A DNA stretch of 63,161 nucleotides, counting the filler. It is 3 parts of 3 records of this genome, joined end to end, with 100 filler letters (N's around TTAATTAATTAA, not from the genome) between each part and the next. Parts side by side here need not be neighbours in the genome. Positions count along the whole stretch, not along the records: positions 56,629 to 63,161 come from DRR723986_5803; 2 more parts are not named here. One strand, given 5' to 3'. The notes below the pieces were generated by a model. The model was not told the origin of the DNA, ran no database searches, and was given only the letters and a program-made list of their open reading frames with translations. The position numbers and the translations under genes were made by a program. This document shows, one piece after another, positions 60,573-63,161 of this stretch. Each line of letters opens with the position of its first letter. The first letter of the stretch is position 1.

Positions 60573-61310
60573 ATGACAGGCGGATCAGACATATTGCTAT
60601 TGGCCGGCAGCGCCGAGGCGCGGCAGATCGGCGCAGCACTGCGCAATCAGGGCATAGGCGTGCGGGCCTTGATGTCAGAGCCGCCACGCGGGTCGAATCC
60701 GATGCCGATGCCCTATGAATTGCATGATTTTGGCGATCTGGACGGGTTGACCACCCAGATGCAGGGCTGCCGGGCTGTTGTTGACGCAAGCCACGGCTTT
60801 GACGGGATCATGACGCAGCAAGGATATCTTGCGGCGCGGCAGGCAGGCCTGCCCTTTGTGAGCCTCTCGCGGCCAACGTGGGATGTCGGGGCAGGGCGCA
60901 ATCTGCACGCCGCCGCAGATGTGCGCAGTGCCAATGCAATGATCCCAGCGGGTGCGCGGGTGTTTTCGGCAACCGGTTGGGCCAGTTTGCCCGACTATCT
61001 GCCCTTTGCTGGATCAAAATTATTCTTGCGCCAAACCGGACGACACGGGCGGGCCGCACCATACGATTTTGTGGAGTTGGTTTTTGGCGATCCGCCCTTC
61101 ACTGTGGCCGATGAGATTGCCTTGTTCGAGAAACTTGGCGTGGAGGTTCTGATCTGCCGCAACCTTGGCGGGGTACCAAGCCGCCCCAAGGTGGACGCCG
61201 CCGAGGCGCTTGGTCTCACCACGATCCTGATTGATCGCCCTGCGCCGCCGCAAGGGGCATTGGTGGTGCGTGATGTCGGGGCAATCCTCGATTGGGTGGC
61301 GGAGCTTTGA
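60573..61310 (+). CDS. cobK: Precorrin-6A/cobalt-precorrin-6A reductase family protein (divergent)
   Basis: LLAGSAEAR, VDASHGF, RP.W, PPF, RNLGG and IDRP motifs. Confidence 0.75.
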   Translation: MTGGSDILLLAGSAEARQIGAALRNQGIGVRALMSEPPRGSNPMPMPYELHDFGDLDGLTTQMQGCRAVVDASHGFDGIMTQQGYLAARQAGLPFVSLSRPTWDVGAGRNLHAAADVRSANAMIPAGARVFSATGWASLPDYLPFAGSKLFLRQTGRHGRAAPYDFVELVFGDPPFTVADEIALFEKLGVEVLICRNLGGVPSRPKVDAAEALGLTTILIDRPAPPQGALVVRDVGAILDWVAEL

Positions 61311-61942
61311 CCGCACCGTTCCGTCTGATCCAAAACCATGATGACCTCACTGAAGGGGCCGAATGGCTTGCGCGGGCCGAGCCACGCTTTGCCCCGGTGC
61401 TGGATCAGGTGGGCGATCTGCCCCTGCGCCTGAAATCGCCGGGTTTCAGAGGTTTGACCGAAATTATCATCAGCCAGCAGGTCAGCGTAGCCTCCGCCGA
61501 TGCGATCCGGTTGCGCATGGCCGAGGCCGATCTGTTTGATCCCTCCAAGGTGCGAACGGCTGGTCAAGAAGGGCTACGCGCGGCAGGTTTGAGCAAACCC
61601 AAGGCCCGCTATGTGCAGGCATTGGCGCGCTCAGATCTGGATTACGCCGCGCTTGAGCGCTTGCCAGACGCTGATGCGATTGCCGCGCTCACCGGTCTTT
61701 TGGGCATCGGCCCCTGGACCGCGCAGATCTACGTCATGTTCTGTCTGGGCCGGGCCGATATGTTCCCGCCCGGCGATCTGGCCTTGCAAGAGGCAGCGCG
61801 GGTGCTGTTTGACCTCGACGCGCGGCCCACGCCAGAGGCACTTGCACTCATGGCACAGCAATGGTCGCCCTGGCGGTCGGTTGCGGCGCGGGCGCTCTTT
61901 GCCTACTACCGCATTATCAAACAACGGGAAGGTCTGGGATGA
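61292..61942 (+). CDS. DNA-3-methyladenine glycosylase II family (HhH-GPD)
   Basis: IISQQVS, GLSKPK, GIGPWTA, PGDLALQ and WSPWRS motifs; start may be TTG at 61307. Confidence 0.9.
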   Translation: MGGGALTAPFRLIQNHDDLTEGAEWLARAEPRFAPVLDQVGDLPLRLKSPGFRGLTEIIISQQVSVASADAIRLRMAEADLFDPSKVRTAGQEGLRAAGLSKPKARYVQALARSDLDYAALERLPDADAIAALTGLLGIGPWTAQIYVMFCLGRADMFPPGDLALQEAARVLFDLDARPTPEALALMAQQWSPWRSVAARALFAYYRIIKQREGLG

Positions 61943-62604
61943 CACGGGTACTCAACGCAGGGCGCCGGGCGCCAAAATCAGGCGAAACACGATCGGTTGT
62001 GGTGTTTCTGCACGGCTATGGCGCCAACGGGGCGGATCTGCTGGGGCTGGCTGATCCATTGGCCGACCACTTGCCGGATACGCTTTTTGTTGCGCCTGAT
62101 GCACCAGAGGCCTGTGCCGGTGCGCCGATGGGCTTTCAATGGTTTCCAATCCCCTGGATCGACAATTCATCCGAAGAAGAATCCGAACGCGGCATGATGC
62201 AGGCCGTTGCAGACCTCAATGCCTTTCTCGACGCGCTGATGGTGGATGAAGACGTGCTGCCCGAACAGGTGGTGCTGTTTGGGTTTTCCCAAGGCACGAT
62301 GATGGCCCTGCATGTGGCCCCGCGCCGCGAGGATGAGGTGGCGGGCATTGTTGCGTTCTCCGGGCGTTTGCTGTCCCCCGAAACGCTCGCCGATGAGGCG
62401 CAGGTCAGACCGCCCGTCCTTCTGGTCCATGGGGATGCCGATGACGTGGTACCGCCACAATCCTTGCCGCAAGCCGCCGAAGCGCTGCAAGAGGCCGGAT
62501 GGCAGGACGTCTATGCCCATATCATGAAAGGCACCGGCCACGGCATCGCGCCCGATGGGCTGAGCGTGGCTCTGGCCTTCATGCGGGACAAACTGGGGCT
62601 CTGA
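61939..62604 (+). CDS. Phospholipase/carboxylesterase-family hydrolase
   Basis: LHGYG, QWF, GFSQG, HGDADDVVP and GHGI motifs. Confidence 0.92.
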   Translation: MTRVLNAGRRAPKSGETRSVVVFLHGYGANGADLLGLADPLADHLPDTLFVAPDAPEACAGAPMGFQWFPIPWIDNSSEEESERGMMQAVADLNAFLDALMVDEDVLPEQVVLFGFSQGTMMALHVAPRREDEVAGIVAFSGRLLSPETLADEAQVRPPVLLVHGDADDVVPPQSLPQAAEALQEAGWQDVYAHIMKGTGHGIAPDGLSVALAFMRDKLGL

Positions 62605-62648
62605 GCGGGCGCATGTTATGAAACTGTCGTAATCCCCTGCTATTTGTT

Positions 62649-62706
62649 CCGCGACATCTTGTGCAAAACCTAGGGCTTGCCAGAGGAAAACCACGAGATA
62701 TAGTTG
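62649..62706. promoter_or_regulatory. Tandem NrdR-box-like sites
   Basis: CCGCGACATCTTGTGC (62649-62664) and CCACGAGATATAGTTG (62691-62706) both fit the C-x-A-x-A-T-x-T-x-G core of the NrdR box; their starts are 42 nt apart. Confidence 0.65.
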
Positions 62707-62735
62707 ATGGAAACGGGCAGGGGACGACACCAGAA

Positions 62736-63161
62736 ATGGACGGCGATTTCAGAACCGAATTCACCCGCGCACCAGCGGGCCTGAAACACAAGCCAGCGCT
62801 TGTGCTCAACGCGGACTACCGGCCGCTTAGCTATTATCCACTATCGCTTTGGCCCTGGCAGGACGCGATCAAGGCCAAATGGCTGGACAGGGTCGATATC
62901 GTCGCCGAATACGAAGATGTGGTGCGCAGCCCTTCCACGGTGATCAGGATACCGTCGGTTGTTGTGCTCAAAGACTATGTAAAACCTCAAAAGCGCGTGG
63001 CCTTCACGCGCTTTAATTTATTTCTGAGGGACGAATTTCGCTGCCAATACTGCGGCGCAAGGGGCGATCTGACCTTTGATCACGTGGTGCCCCGCGCGGC
63101 CGGCGGTGTGACCTCTTGGCAAAACGTGGTGGCCGCCTGTTCGCCCTGCAACCTGCGCAAA
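62736..63161 (+). CDS. HNH endonuclease (3'-truncated by window end)
   Basis: ALVLNADYRPL...RFNLFLRDEFRCQYCG...TFDHVVPR..GG...WQNVVAACSPCN. Absent from the ORF track because no stop is reached. Confidence 0.92.
   Translation, partial: MDGDFRTEFTRAPAGLKHKPALVLNADYRPLSYYPLSLWPWQDAIKAKWLDRVDIVAEYEDVVRSPSTVIRIPSVVVLKDYVKPQKRVAFTRFNLFLRDEFRCQYCGARGDLTFDHVVPRAAGGVTSWQNVVAACSPCNLRK

Overview
The window is not one continuous locus. It is three contigs joined by artificial spacers (44 N + TTAATTAATTAA + 44 N at 30427-30526 and 56529-56628). Contigs 1 (1-30426) and 2 (30527-56528) look like Planctomycetota (Pirellulaceae-like), judged from dockerin proteins, Cys-rich exported proteins, BBP2-type porins and a GxxExxY gene. 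Contig 3 (56629-63161) looks like Rhodobacteraceae/Roseobacter. Contig 1 holds a microaerobic redox region: a CoA-disulfide reductase-rhodanese fusion and a full cbb3 oxidase operon (fused ccoNO, Q, P, G, H, DsbD_2, I, S, plus an extra diheme cytochrome c lipoprotein). These are followed by a Crp/Fnr regulator, a perfect palindromic operator, a tandem two-domain cytochrome P460, a Rieske-glutamate synthase-like flavoprotein and a DUF5996-like gene. Contig 1 also has a Cys-rich leader-like ORF whose stop codon lies inside a hairpin, upstream of an exported 35-Cys metallothionein-like protein. Contig 2 is mostly housekeeping (lptF/G, cca, nrdR, polyprenyl synthetase, moaC, eno, ribE, rsmA, pheA). 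It also carries a secretin-N-only protein, a ceramide-synthase-like GNAT, a large hybrid kinase and a GxxExxY nuclease with neighbouring repeats. Contig 3 ends with tandem NrdR-like boxes in front of an HNH nuclease. The best candidates for new biology are the Crp-operator-tandem P460 module, the Cys-rich leader/metallothionein pair and the NrdR-box HNH nuclease. All family calls come from motif recognition, not database searches.
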